DNA of 64,000 nucleotides. Origin: Narcine bancroftii (lineage: Eukaryota). Below are positions 22,101 to 34,100 of the stretch, piece by piece. Each line of letters opens with the position of its first letter. The first letter of the stretch is position 1. A program made the position numbers and the translations under genes. Below the pieces are notes generated by a model. The model was given only the letters and a program-made list of their open reading frames with translations, made no database searches and was not told the origin of the DNA. Location of the stretch: positions 992,001 through 1,056,000 of the forward strand of contig NC_091471.1 in assembly GCF_036971445.1 (NCBI RefSeq). Reading direction: 5' to 3'.

Positions 22101-25100
22101 GGGCAGCCCCTGTCCCCCTCCCATCCGGGCCGGGCAGCCCCTGTACCCCTCCCATCAGGCTCTGGCAGCCCCTGTGCCCCTCCCATCCAGTCCGGGCAGC
22201 CCCTGTCCCCCACCCATCCGGCCCGGGCAGCCCCTGTCCCCCTCCCCTTGGTCCGGGCAGCCCCTGTCCTCCTCCCCATCCGGCCCAGGCAGCCCCTGTC
22301 CCCTCCCATCCGGCCCGGGCAGCCCCTGTCCCCCTCCCATCCGGCCCGGGCAGCCCCTGTCCCCCTCCCATCCGGTCCGGGCAGCCCCTGTCCCCCTCCG
22401 ATCCGGCCCGGGCAGCCCTTGACCCCCTCCTATCCGGCCCAGGCAGCCGCTGTCCCCCTCCCATCCGGCCCGGGCAGCCCCTGTCCCCCTCCGATCCGGT
22501 CCGGGCAGCCCCTGTCCCCCTTCGATCCGGCCCAGGCAGCCCCTGTCCCCTCCTCTCGGTCCGGGCAGCCCCTGTCCCCCTCCCATCCGGCCCGGGCAGC
22601 CCCTGTCCCCCTCCCATCCGGCCAAGGCAGCCCCTGACCGCCTCCCATCCGGCCCAGGCAGCCCCTGACCCCCTCCCATCCGGCCCAGGCAGACCCTGAC
22701 CCCCTCCCATCCGGCCGGGGCAGCCCCTGTCCCCCTCCCATCCGGCCCGGGCAGCCCCTGTCCCCCTCCCCTCAGTCCGGGCAGCCCCTGTCCCCCTCCC
22801 ATCCGGCTCGGGCACCCCTGTCCCCCTCCCCTCGGTCCGGGCAGACCCTGTCCCCCTCCCCTCGGTCCGGGCAGACCCTGTCCCCCTCCCATCCGGCCCA
22901 GGCAGCCCCTAACCCCCTCCCATCCGGCCCAGGCAGCCCCTTACCCCCTCCCATCCGGCCCAGGCATACCCTGACTCCCTCCCATCCGGACCGGGCAGCC
23001 CCTGTCCCCCTCCCATCCGGCCCGGGTAGCCCCTGTCCCCCTCCCCTCGGTCCGGGCAGCCCCTGTCCCCCTCCCATCCGGCCCAGGCAGCCCCTGTCCC
23101 CCTCCCATCCAGCCCGGGCAGCCCCTGTCCCCCTCCCATCCGGTCCGGGCAGCCCCTGTCCCCCTCCCATCTGGTCCGGGCAGCCCCTGACCCCCTCCCA
23201 TCCGGCCCGGGGAGCCCCTGTCCCCCTCCCCTCAGTCCGGGCAGCCCCTGTCCCCCTCCCATCCGGCCCAGGCAGCCCCTGTCCCCCCTCGGTCCGGGCA
23301 GCCCCTGTCCCCCTCTCATCCGGGCCGGGCAGCCTCTGTCCCCCTCCCATCAGGCCCTGGCAGCCCCTGTCCCCCTCCAATCCAGTCCGGGCAGCCCCTG
23401 TTCCCCACCCATCCGGCCCGGGCAGCCCCTGTCCCCCTCCCATCCGGCCCGGGCAGCCCCTGGCCCCCTCCCATCCGGCCCGGGCAGCCCCTGTCCCCCT
23501 CCCCTCGGTCCGGGCAGCCCCTGTCCCCCTCCCATCCAGCCCAGGCTGCCCCTGTCCCCCCTCCCCTCGGTCCGGGCAGCCCCTGTCCCCCTCCCATCCG
23601 GCCCAGGCAGCCCCTGACACCTCCCATCCGGCCCAGGCAGCCCTTGACCCCCTATACGGCCCAGGCAGCCCCTGTCCCCTCCCATCCGGCCCGGGCAGCC
23701 CCTGTCCCCCTCCCATCCGGACCGGGCAGCCCCTGTCCCCCTCCCCTCGGTCGGGGCAGCCCCTGTCCCCCTCCCATCCGGCCCTGGCAGCCCCTGTCCC
23801 CCTCCCATCCGGCCCAGGCAGCCATTGACCCCCTCCTATCCGGCCCAGGCAGCCGCTGTCCACCTCCCATCCGGCCCGGGCAGCACCTGTCCCCCTCCCA
23901 TCCGGTCCGGGCAGCCCCTGTCCCCCTCCGATCTGGCCCAGGCAGCCCTTGACCCCCTCCTATCCGGCCCAGGCAGCCGCTGTCCCCCTCCCTTCCGGCC
24001 CGGGCAGCCCTTGTCCCCCTCCGATCCGGTCCGGGCAGCCCCTGTCCCCCCTCCGATCCGGCCCAGGCAGCCCCTGTCCCCCTCCCCTCGGTCCGGGCAG
24101 CCCCTGTCCCCCTCCCATCCGGCCCAGGCAGCCCCTGTCCCCCTCCCCTCGGTCCGGGCAGCCCCTGTCCCCCTCCCATCCGGCCCGGGCAGCCCCTGTC
24201 CCCCTCCCATCCGCCCAAGGCAGCCCCTGACCCCCTCCCATCCGGCCGGGGCAGCCCCTGTCCCCCTCCCATCCGGCCCGGGCAGCCCCTGTCCCCCTCC
24301 CCTCGGTCCGGGCAGCCCCTGTCCCCCTCCCATCCGGCTCGGGCAGCCCCTGTCCCCCTCCCCTCGGTCCGGGCAGCCCCTATCCCCCTCCCCTCGGTCC
24401 GGGCAGACCCTGTCCCCCTCCCATCCGGCCCAGGCAGCCCCTGACCCCCTCCCATCCGGCCCAGGCAGCCCCTGACCCCCTCCCATCCGGCCCAGGCAGC
24501 CCCTGACCCCCTCCCATCCGGACCGGGCAGCCCCCCATCCCATCCGGCCCGGGCAGCCCCTGTCCCCCTCCCCTCGGTCCGGGCAGCCCTTGTCCCACTC
24601 CCATCCGGCCCAGGCAGCCCCTGTCCCCCTCCCATCCAGCCCGGGCAGCCCCTGTCCCCCTCCCATCCGGTCCGGGCAGCCCCTGTCCCCCTCCGATCCG
24701 GCCCAGGCAGCCCCTGTCCCCCTCCCCTCGGTCCGGGCAGCCCCTGTCCCCCTCCCATCCGGCCCGGGCAGCCCCTGTCCCCCTCCCCTCGGTCCGGGCA
24801 GCCCCTGTCCCCCTCCCATCCGGCCCAGGCAGCACCTGTCCTCCTCCCATCCGGCCCGGGCAGCCCCTGTCCGCCTCCCCTCGGTCCTGGCAGCCCCTGT
24901 CCCCCTCCCATCCGGCACAGCCAAGCCCCTGTCCCCTTCCAATCCGGCCCGGGCAGCCCCTGTCCCCCTCCCATCCGGCCTGGGCAGCCCCTGTCCTCCT
25001 CCCATCCGGCCCGGGCAGCCCCTGTCCCCCTCGGTCCGGGCAGCCCCTGTCCCCCTCCCATCCGGCCCAGGCATCCCTTGACTCCCTCCTTTCCGGCCCA

Positions 25101-28100
25101 GGCAGCCGCTGTCCACCTCCCATCCGGCCCGGGCAGCCCCTGTCCCCCTCCCATCTGGTCCGGGCAGCCCCTGTCCCCCTCCGATCTGGCCCAGGCAGCC
25201 CTTGACCCCCTCCTATCCGGCCCAAGCAGCCGCTGTCCCCCTCCCATCCGGCCCGGGCAGCCCCTGTCCCCCTCCGATCCGGTCCGGGCAGCCCCTGTCC
25301 CCCTCCGATCCGGCCCAGGCAGCCCCTGTCCCCCTCCCCTCCGTCCGGGCAGCCCCTGTCCTCCTCCCATCCGGCCCAGGCAGCCCCTGTCCCCCTCCCC
25401 TCGGTCCGGGCAGCCCCTGTCCCCCTCCCATCCGGCCCGGGCAGCCCCTGTCCCCCTCCCATCCGGCCAAGGCAGCCCCTGACGCCCTCCCATCCGGCAG
25501 GGGCAGCCCCTGTCCCCCTCCCATCTGGCCCGGGCAGCCCCTGTCCCCCTCCCCTCGGTCCGGGCAGCCCCTGTCCCCCTCCCATCCGGCTCAGGCAGCC
25601 CCTGTCCCCCTCCCCTCGGTCCGGGCAGACCCTGTCCCCCTCTCATCCGGCCCAGGCAGCCCCTGACCCCCTCCCATCCGGCCCAGGCAGCCCCTGACCC
25701 TCTCCCATCCGGCCCAGGCAGCCCCTGACACCCTCCCATCCGGACCGGGCAGCCGCTCCTCCCATCCGGCCCGGGCAGCCCCTGTCCCCCTCCCCTCGGT
25801 CCGGGCAGCCCCTGTCCCCCTCCCATCCGGCCCAGGCAGCCCCTGTCCCCCTCCCATCCAGCCCGGGCAGCCCCTGTCCCCCTCCCATCCGGTCCGGGCA
25901 GCCCCTGTCCCCCTCCGATCCGGCCCAGGCAGCCCCTGTCCCCCTCCCCTCGGTCCGGGCAGCCCCTGTCCCCCTCCCATCCGGCCCGGGCAGCCCCTGT
26001 CCCCCTCCCCTCGTTCCGGGCAGCCCCTGTCCCCCTCCCATACGGCCCAGGCAGCACCTGTCCTCCTCCCATCCGGCCCAGGCAGCCCCTGTCCGCCTCC
26101 CCTCCGTCCTGGCAGCCCCTGTCCCCCTCCCATCCGGCACAGGCAAGCCCCTGTCACCCTCCAATCCGGCCCGGGCAGCCCCTGTCCCCCTCCCATCCGG
26201 CCTGGGCAGCCCCTGTCCTCCTCCCATCCGGCCTGGGCAGCCCCTGTCCTCCTCCCATCCGGCCCGGGCAGCCCCTGTCCCCCTCGGTCCGGGCAGCCCC
26301 TGTCCCCCTCCCATCCGGCCCAGGCAAGCCCCTGTCCCTCTCCCATCCGGCCCAGGCAGCCCCTGTCCCCCTCCCCTCGGTCCGGGCAGCCCCTATCCCC
26401 TTCCCATCTGGCCCAGGCAGCCCCTGTCCCCCTCCCCCCGGTCCGGGCAGCCCCTGTCCCCCTCCCATCCGGCCCAGGCAGCCCCTGTCCCCCTACCCTC
26501 GGTCCGGGCAGGCCCTGTCCCCCTCCCATCCGGCCCAGGTAGCCCCTGTCCCCCTCCCATCCGGCCCAGGCAGCCCCTGTCCCCCTACCACCCGGCCCAG
26601 GAAGCCCCTGTCCCCCTCCCATCCGGCCCGGGAAGCCCCTGTCGCCCTCCCATCCGGCCCAGGCAGCCCCTGTCCCCCTCCCATCCGGCCCAGGCAGCCC
26701 CTGACCCCCTCCCATCTGGCCCAGGCAGCCCCTGACCCCCTCCCATCCGGCCCAGGCAGCCCCTGTCCCTCTCCCCTCGGTCCGGGCAGCCCCTGTCCCC
26801 CTCCCATCCGGCCTGGGCAGCCCCTGTCCCCCTCCCATCCGGTCCGGGCAGCCCCAGTCCCCCTCCCATCCGGTCCGGGCAGCCCCTGTCCCCCTCCCAT
26901 CCGGTCCGGGCAGCCCCTGTCCCCCTCCGATCCAGCCCAGGCAGCCCCTGTCCCCCTCCCCTCGGTCCGGGCAGCCCCTGTCTCCCTCCGATCCGGCCCT
27001 GGCAGCCCCTGTCCCCCTCCCATCCGGCCCTGGCAGCCCCTGTCCCCCTCCCATCCGGTCCGGGCAGCCCCTGTCCCCCTCCCATCCGGTCCGGGCAGCC
27101 CCTGTCCCCCTCCCATCCGGCCCAGGCAGCACCTGTCCTCCTCCCTTCCGGCCCAGGCAGCCCCTGTCCGCCTCCCCTCGGTCCTGGCAGCCCCTGTCCC
27201 CCTCCCATCCGGCACAGGCAAGCCCCTGTCCCCCTCGGTCCGGGCAGCCCCTGTCCCCCTCCCATCCGGCCGAGGCAAGCCCCTGTCCCTCTCCCATCCG
27301 GCCCAGGCAGCCCCTGTCCCCCTCCCCTCGGTCCGGGCAGCCCCTATCCCCCTCCCATCTGGCCCAGGCAGCCCCTGTCCCCCTCCCCCCGGTCCGGGCA
27401 GCCCCTGTCCCCCTAGCCTCGGTCCGGGCAGGCCCTGTCCCCCTCCCATCCGGCCCAGGTAGCCCCTGTCCCCCTCCCCTCGGTCCGGGCAGCCCCTGTC
27501 CCCCTCCCATCCGGCCCAGGCAAGCCCCTGTCCCTCTCCCATCTGGCCTAGGCAGCCCCTGTCCCCCTCCCCTCGGTCCGGGCAGCCCCTGTCCCCCTCC
27601 GATCCGGCCCAGGCAGCCCCTGTCCCCCTCCCCTCGGTCCGGGCAGCCCCTGTCCCCGTCCCATCCAGCCCCGGCAGCCCCTGACCCCCTCCCATCCGGC
27701 CCAGGCAGACCCTGTCCCTCTCCCCTCGGTCCGGGCAGCCCCTGTCCCCCTCCCATCCGGCCTGGGCAGCCCCTGTCCCCCTCCCATCCGGCCCGGGCAG
27801 CCCCTGTCCCCCTCGGTCCGGGCAGCCCCTGTCCCCCTCCCATCCGGCCCAGGCAAGCCCCTGTCCCTCTCCCATCCGGCCCAGGCAGCCCCTGTCCCCC
27901 TCCCCTCGGTCCGGGCAGCCCCTATCCCCCTCCCATCTGGCCCAGGCAGCCCCTGTCCCCATCCCCCCGGTCCGGGCAGCCCCTGTCCCCCTCCCATCTG
28001 GCCCAGGCAGCCCCTGTCCCCCTACCCTCGGTCCGGGCAGGCCCTGTCCCCCTCCCATCCGGCCCAGGTAGCCCCTGTCCCCCTCCCATCCGGCCCAGGC

Positions 28101-31100
28101 AGCCCCTACCACCCGGCCCAGGAAGCCCCTGTCCCCCTCCCATCCGGCCCGGGAAGCCACTGTCCCCCTCCCATCTGGCCCAGGCAGCCCCTGTCCCTCT
28201 CCCATCCGGCCCGGGCAACCCCCGTCCCCCTCCCATCCAGCCCAGGCAGCCCCTGTCCCTCTCCCATCCGGCCCAGGCAACCCCTGTCCCCCTCCCATCC
28301 AGCCCCGGCAGCCCCTGTCCCCCTCCCATCCGGCCCAGGCAGCCCCTGTCCCCCTCCCATCCGGCCCAGGCAGCCCCTGACCCCCTCCCATCTGGCCCAG
28401 GCAGCCCCTGACCCCCTCCCATCCGGCCCAGGCAGCCCCTGTCCCTCTCCCCTCGGTCCGGGCAGCCCCTGTCCCCCTCCCATCCGGCCTGGGCAGCCCC
28501 TGTCCCCCTCCCATCCGGTCCGGGCAGCCCCAGTCCCCCTCCCATCCGGTCCGGGCAGCCCCTGTCCCCCTCCCATCCGGTCCGGGCAGCCCCTGTCCCC
28601 CTCCGATCCAGCCCAGGCAGCCCCTGTCCCCCTCCCCTCGGTCCGGGCAGCCCCTGTCTCCCTCCGATCCGGCCCGGGCAGCCCCTGTCCCCCTCCCATC
28701 CGGCCCTGGCAGCCCCTGTCCCCCTCCCATCCGGCCCAGGCAAGCCCCTGTCAATCTCCCATCCGGCCTAGGCAAGCCCCTGTCCCTCTCCCATCCGGCC
28801 CAGGCAGCCCCTGTCCCCCTCCCCTCGGTCCGGGCAGCCCCTGTCCCTCTCCCATCCGGCCCAGGCAGCCCCTGTCCCCCTCCCCTCGGTCCGGGCAGCC
28901 CCTGTCCCCCTCCGATCCGGCCCTGGCAGCCCCTGTCCCCCTCCCCTCGGTCCGGGCAGCCCCTGTCCCCCTCCCATCCGGCCCAGGCAAGCCCCTGTCC
29001 CTCTCCCATCTGGCCTAGGCGGCCCCTGTCCCCCTCACCTCGGTCCGGGCAGCCCCTGTCCCCCTCCGATCCGGCCCAGGCAGCCCCTGTCCCCCTCCCC
29101 TCGGTCCGGGCAGCCCCTGTCCCCCTCCCATCCGGCCCGGGCAGCCCCTGTCCCCCTCTCATCCGTCCCGGGCAGCCCCTGTCCCCCTTCCATCCGGCCC
29201 AGGCAGCCCCTGTCCCCCTCCCATCCAGCCCCGGCAGCCCCTGACCCCCTCCCATCTGGCCCAGGCAGCCCCTGACCCCCTCCCATCCGGCCCAGGCAGC
29301 CCCTGTCCCTCTCCCCTCGGTCCGGGCAGCCCCTGTCCCCCTCCCATCCGGCCTGGGCAGCCCCTGTCCCCCTCCCATCCTGTCCGGGCAGCCCCTGTCC
29401 CCCTCCCATCCGGTCCGGGCAGCCCCTGTCCCCCTCCCATCCGGCCCAGGCAGCACCTGTCCTCCTCCCTTCCGGCCCAGGCAGCCCCTGTCCGCCTCCC
29501 CTCGGTCCTGGCAGCCCCTGTCCCCCTCCCATCCGGCACAGGCAAGCCCCTGTCCCCCTCGGTCCGGGCAGCCCCTGTCCCCCTCCCATCCGGCCCAGGC
29601 AAGCCCCTGTCCCTCTCCCATCCGACCCAGGCAGCCCCTGTCCCCCTCCCCTCGGTCCGGGCAGCCCCTATCCCCCTCACATCTGGCCCAGGCAGCCCCT
29701 GTCCCCCTCCCCCCGGTCCGGGCAGCCCCTGTCCCCCTCCCATCCGGCCCAGGCAGCCCCTGTCCCCCTACCCTCGGTCCGGGCAGGCCCTGTCCCCCTC
29801 CCATCCGGCCCAGGTAGCCCCTGTCCCCCTCCCATCCGGCCCAGGCAGCCCCTGTCCCCCTCCCACCCGGCCCAGGAAGCCCCTGTCCCCCTCCCATCCG
29901 GCCCGGGCAGCCCCTGTCCCCCTCCCATCCGGTCCGGGCAGCCCCTGTCCACCTCCCATCCGGCCCAGGCAGCACCTGTCCTCCTCCCATCCGGCCCAGG
30001 CAGCCCCTGTCCGCCTCCCCTCGGTCCTGGCAGCCCCTGACCCCCTCCCATCCGGCACAGGCAAGCCCCTGTCCCCCTCCAATCCGGCCCGGGCAGCCCC
30101 TGTCCCCCTCCGATCCAGCCCAGGCAGCCCCTGTTCCCCTCCCCTCGGTCCGGGCAGCCCCTGTCCCCCTCCCATCCGGCCTGGGCAGCACCTGTCCCCC
30201 TCCCATCCGGTCCGGGCAGCCCCTGTCCCCCTCCCATCCGGCCCTGGCAGCCCCTGTCCCCCTCCCATCCGGCCCTGGCAGCCCCTGTCCCCCTCCCATC
30301 CGGCCCAGGCAAGCCCCTGTCCCCCTCCCATCCGGTCCGGGCAGCCCCTGTCTCCCTCCGATCCGGCCCGGGCAGCCCCTGTCCCCCTCCCATCCGGCCC
30401 TGGCAGCCCCTGTCCCCCTCCCATCCGGCCCAGGCAAGCCCCTGTCAATCTCCCATCCGGCCTAGGCAAGCCCCTGTCCCTCTCCCATCCGGCCCAGGCA
30501 GCCCCTGTCCCCCTCCCCTCGGTCCGGGCAGCCCCTGTCCCTCTCCCATCCGGCCCAGGCAGCCCCTGTCCCCCTCCCCTCGGTCCGGGCAGCCCCTGTC
30601 CCCCTCCGATCCGGCCCTGGCAGCCCCTGTCCCCCTCCCCTCGGTCCGGGCAGCCCCTGTCGCCCTCCCATCCGGCCCAGGCAAGCCCCTGTCCCTCTCC
30701 CATCCGGCCCAGGCAGCCCCTGTCCCCCTCCCCTCGGTCCGGGCAGCCCCTATCCCCCTCCCATCTGGCCCAGGCTGCCCCTGTACCCCTCCCCCCGGTC
30801 CGGGCAGCCCCTGTCCCCCTCCCATCCGGCCCAGGCAGCCCCTGTCCCCCTACCCTCGGTCCGGGCAGGCCCTGTCCACCTCCCATCCGGCCCAGGCAGC
30901 CCCTGTCCCCCTCCCACCCGGCCCAGGAAGCCCCTGTCCCCCTCCCATCCGGCCCGGGCAGCCCCTGTCCCCCTCCCATCCGGTCCGGGCTGCCCCTGTC
31001 CCCCTCCGATCCAGCCCAGGCAGCCCCTGTCCCCCTCCCCTCGGTCCGGGCAGCCCCTGTCTCCCTCCGATCCAGCCCGGGCATCCCCTGTCCCCCTCCC

Positions 31101-34100
31101 ATCCGGCCCTGGCAGCCCCTGTCCCCCTCCCATCCGGCCCAGGCAAGCACCTGTCAATCTCCCATCCGGCCTAGGCAAGCCCCTGTCCCCCTCCCATCCG
31201 GCACAGGCAAGCCCCTGTCACCCTCCAATCCGGCCCGGGCAGCCCCTGTCCCCCTCCCATCCGGCCTGGGCAGCCCCTGTCCTCCTCCCATCCGGCCTGG
31301 GCAGCCCCTGTCCTCCTCCCATCCGGCCCGGGCAGCCCCTGTCCCCCTCGGTCCGGGCAGCCCCTGTCCCCCTCCCATCCGGCCCAGGCAAGCCCCTGTC
31401 CCTCTCCCATCCGGCCCAGGCAGCCCCTGTCCCCCTCCCCTCGGTCCGGGCAGCCCCTATCCCCTTCCCATCTGGCCCAGGCAGCCCCTGTCCCCCTCCC
31501 CCCGGTCCGGGCAGCCCCTGTCCCCCTCCCATCCGGCCCAGGCAGCCCCTGTCCCCCTACCCTCGGTCCGGGCAGGCCCTGTCCCCCTCCCATCCGGCCC
31601 AGGTAGCCCCTGTCCCCCTCCCATCCGGCCCAGGCAGCCCCTGTCCCCCTACCACCCGGCCCAGGAAGCCCCTGTCCCCCTCCCATCCGGCCCGGGAAGC
31701 CCCTGTCGCCCTCCCATCCGGCCCAGGCAGCCCCTGTCCCCCTCCCATCCGGCCCAGGCAGCCCCTGACCCCCTCCCATCTGGCCCAGGCAGCCCCTGAC
31801 CCCCTCCCATCCGGCCCAGGCAGCCCCTGTCCCTCTCCCCTCGGTCCGGGCAGCCCCTGTCCCCCTCCCATCCGGCCTGGGCAGCCCCTGTCCCCCTCCC
31901 ATCCGGTCCGGGCAGCCCCAGTCCCCCTCCCATCCGGTCCGGGCAGCCCCTGTCCCCCTCCCATCCGGTCCGGGCAGCCCCTGTCCCCCTCCGATCCAGC
32001 CCAGGCAGCCCCTGTCCCCCTCCCCTCGGTCCGGGCAGCCCCTGTCTCCCTCCGATCCGGCCCTGGCAGCCCCTGTCCCCCTCCCATCCGGCCCTGGCAG
32101 CCCCTGTCCCCCTCCCATCCGGTCCGGGCAGCCCCTGTCCCCCTCCCATCCGGTCCGGGCAGCCCCTGTCCCCCTCCCATCCGGCCCAGGCAGCACCTGT
32201 CCTCCTCCCTTCCGGCCCAGGCAGCCCCTGTCCGCCTCCCCTCGGTCCTGGCAGCCCCTGTCCCCCTCCCATCCGGCACAGGCAAGCCCCTGTCCCCCTC
32301 GGTCCGGGCAGCCCCTGTCCCCCTCCCATCCGGCCGAGGCAAGCCCCTGTCCCTCTCCCATCCGGCCCAGGCAGCCCCTGTCCCCCTCCCCTCGGTCCGG
32401 GCAGCCCCTATCCCCCTCCCATCTGGCCCAGGCAGCCCCTGTCCCCCTCCCCCCGGTCCGGGCAGCCCCTGTCCCCCTAGCCTCGGTCCGGGCAGGCCCT
32501 GTCCCCCTCCCATCCGGCCCAGGTAGCCCCTGTCCCCCTCCCCTCGGTCCGGGCAGCCCCTGTCCCCCTCCCATCCGGCCCAGGCAAGCCCCTGTCCCTC
32601 TCCCATCTGGCCTAGGCAGCCCCTGTCCCCCTCCCCTCGGTCCGGGCAGCCCCTGTCCCCCTCCGATCCGGCCCAGGCAGCCCCTGTCCCCCTCCCCTCG
32701 GTCCGGGCAGCCCCTGTCCCCCTCCCATCCAGCCCCGGCAGCCCCTGACCCCCTCCCATCCGGCCCAGGCAGACCCTGTCCCTCTCCCCTCGGTCCGGGC
32801 AGCCCCTGTCCCCCTCCCATCCGGCCTGGGCAGCCCCTGTCCCCCTCCCATCCGGCCCGGGCAGCCCCTGTCCCCCTCGGTCCGGGCAGCCCCTGTCCCC
32901 CTCCCATCCGGCCCAGGCAAGCCCCTGTCCCTCTCCCATCCGGCCCAGGCAGCCCCTGTCCCCCTCCCCTCGGTCCGGGCAGCCCCTATCCCCCTCCCAT
33001 CTGGCCCAGGCAGCCCCTGTCCCCATCCCCCCGGTCCGGGCAGCCCCTGTCCCCCTCCCATCTGGCCCAGGCAGCCCCTGTCCCCCTACCCTCGGTCCGG
33101 GCAGGCCCTGTCCCCCTCCCATCCGGCCCAGGTAGCCCCTGTCCCCCTCCCATCCGGCCCAGGCAGCCCCTACCACCCGGCCCAGGAAGCCCCTGTCCCC
33201 CTCCCATCCGGCCCGGGAAGCCACTGTCCCCCTCCCATCTGGCCCAGGCAGCCCCTGTCCCTCTCCCATCCGGCCCGGGCAACCCCCGTCCCCCTCCCAT
33301 CCAGCCCAGGCAGCCCCTGTCCGTCTCCCATCCGGCCCAGGCAACCCCTGTCCCCCTCCCATCCAGCCCCGGCAGCCCCTGTCCCCCTCCCATCCGGCCC
33401 AGGCAGCCCCTGTCCCCCTCCCATCCGGCCCAGGCAGCCCCTGACCCCCTCCCATCTGGCCCAGGCAGCCCCTGACCCCCTCCCATCCGGCCCAGGCAGC
33501 CCCTGTCCCTCTCCCCTCGGTCCGGGCAGCCCCTGTCCCCCTCCCATCCGGCCTGGGCAGCCCCTGTCCCCCTCCCATCCGGTCCGGGCAGCCCCTGTCC
33601 CCCTCCCATCCGGTCCGGGCAGCCCCTGTCCCCCTCCCATCCGGTCCGGGCAGCCCCTGTCCCCCTCCGATCCAGCCCAGGCAGCCCCTGTCCCCCTCCC
33701 CTCGGTCCGGGCAGCCCCTGTCTCCCTCCGATCCGGCCCGGGCAGCCCCTGTCCCCCTCCCATCCGGCCCTGGCAGCCCCTGTCCCCCTCCCATCCGGCC
33801 CAGGCAAGCCCCTGTCAATCTCCCATCCGGCCTAGGCAAGCCCCTGTCCCTCTCCCATCCGGCCCAGGCAGCCCCTGTCCCCCTCCCCTCGGTCCGGGCA
33901 GCCCCTGTCCCTCTCCCATCCGGCCCAGGCAGCCCCTGTCCCCCTCCCCTCGGTCCGGGCAGCCCCTGTCCCCCTCCGATCCGGCCCTGGCAGCCCCTGT
34001 CCCCCTCCCCTCGGTCCGGGCAGCCCCTGTCCCCCTCCCATCCGGCCCAGGCAAGCCCCTGTCCCTCTCCCATCTGGCCTAGGCGGCCCCTGTCCCCCTC

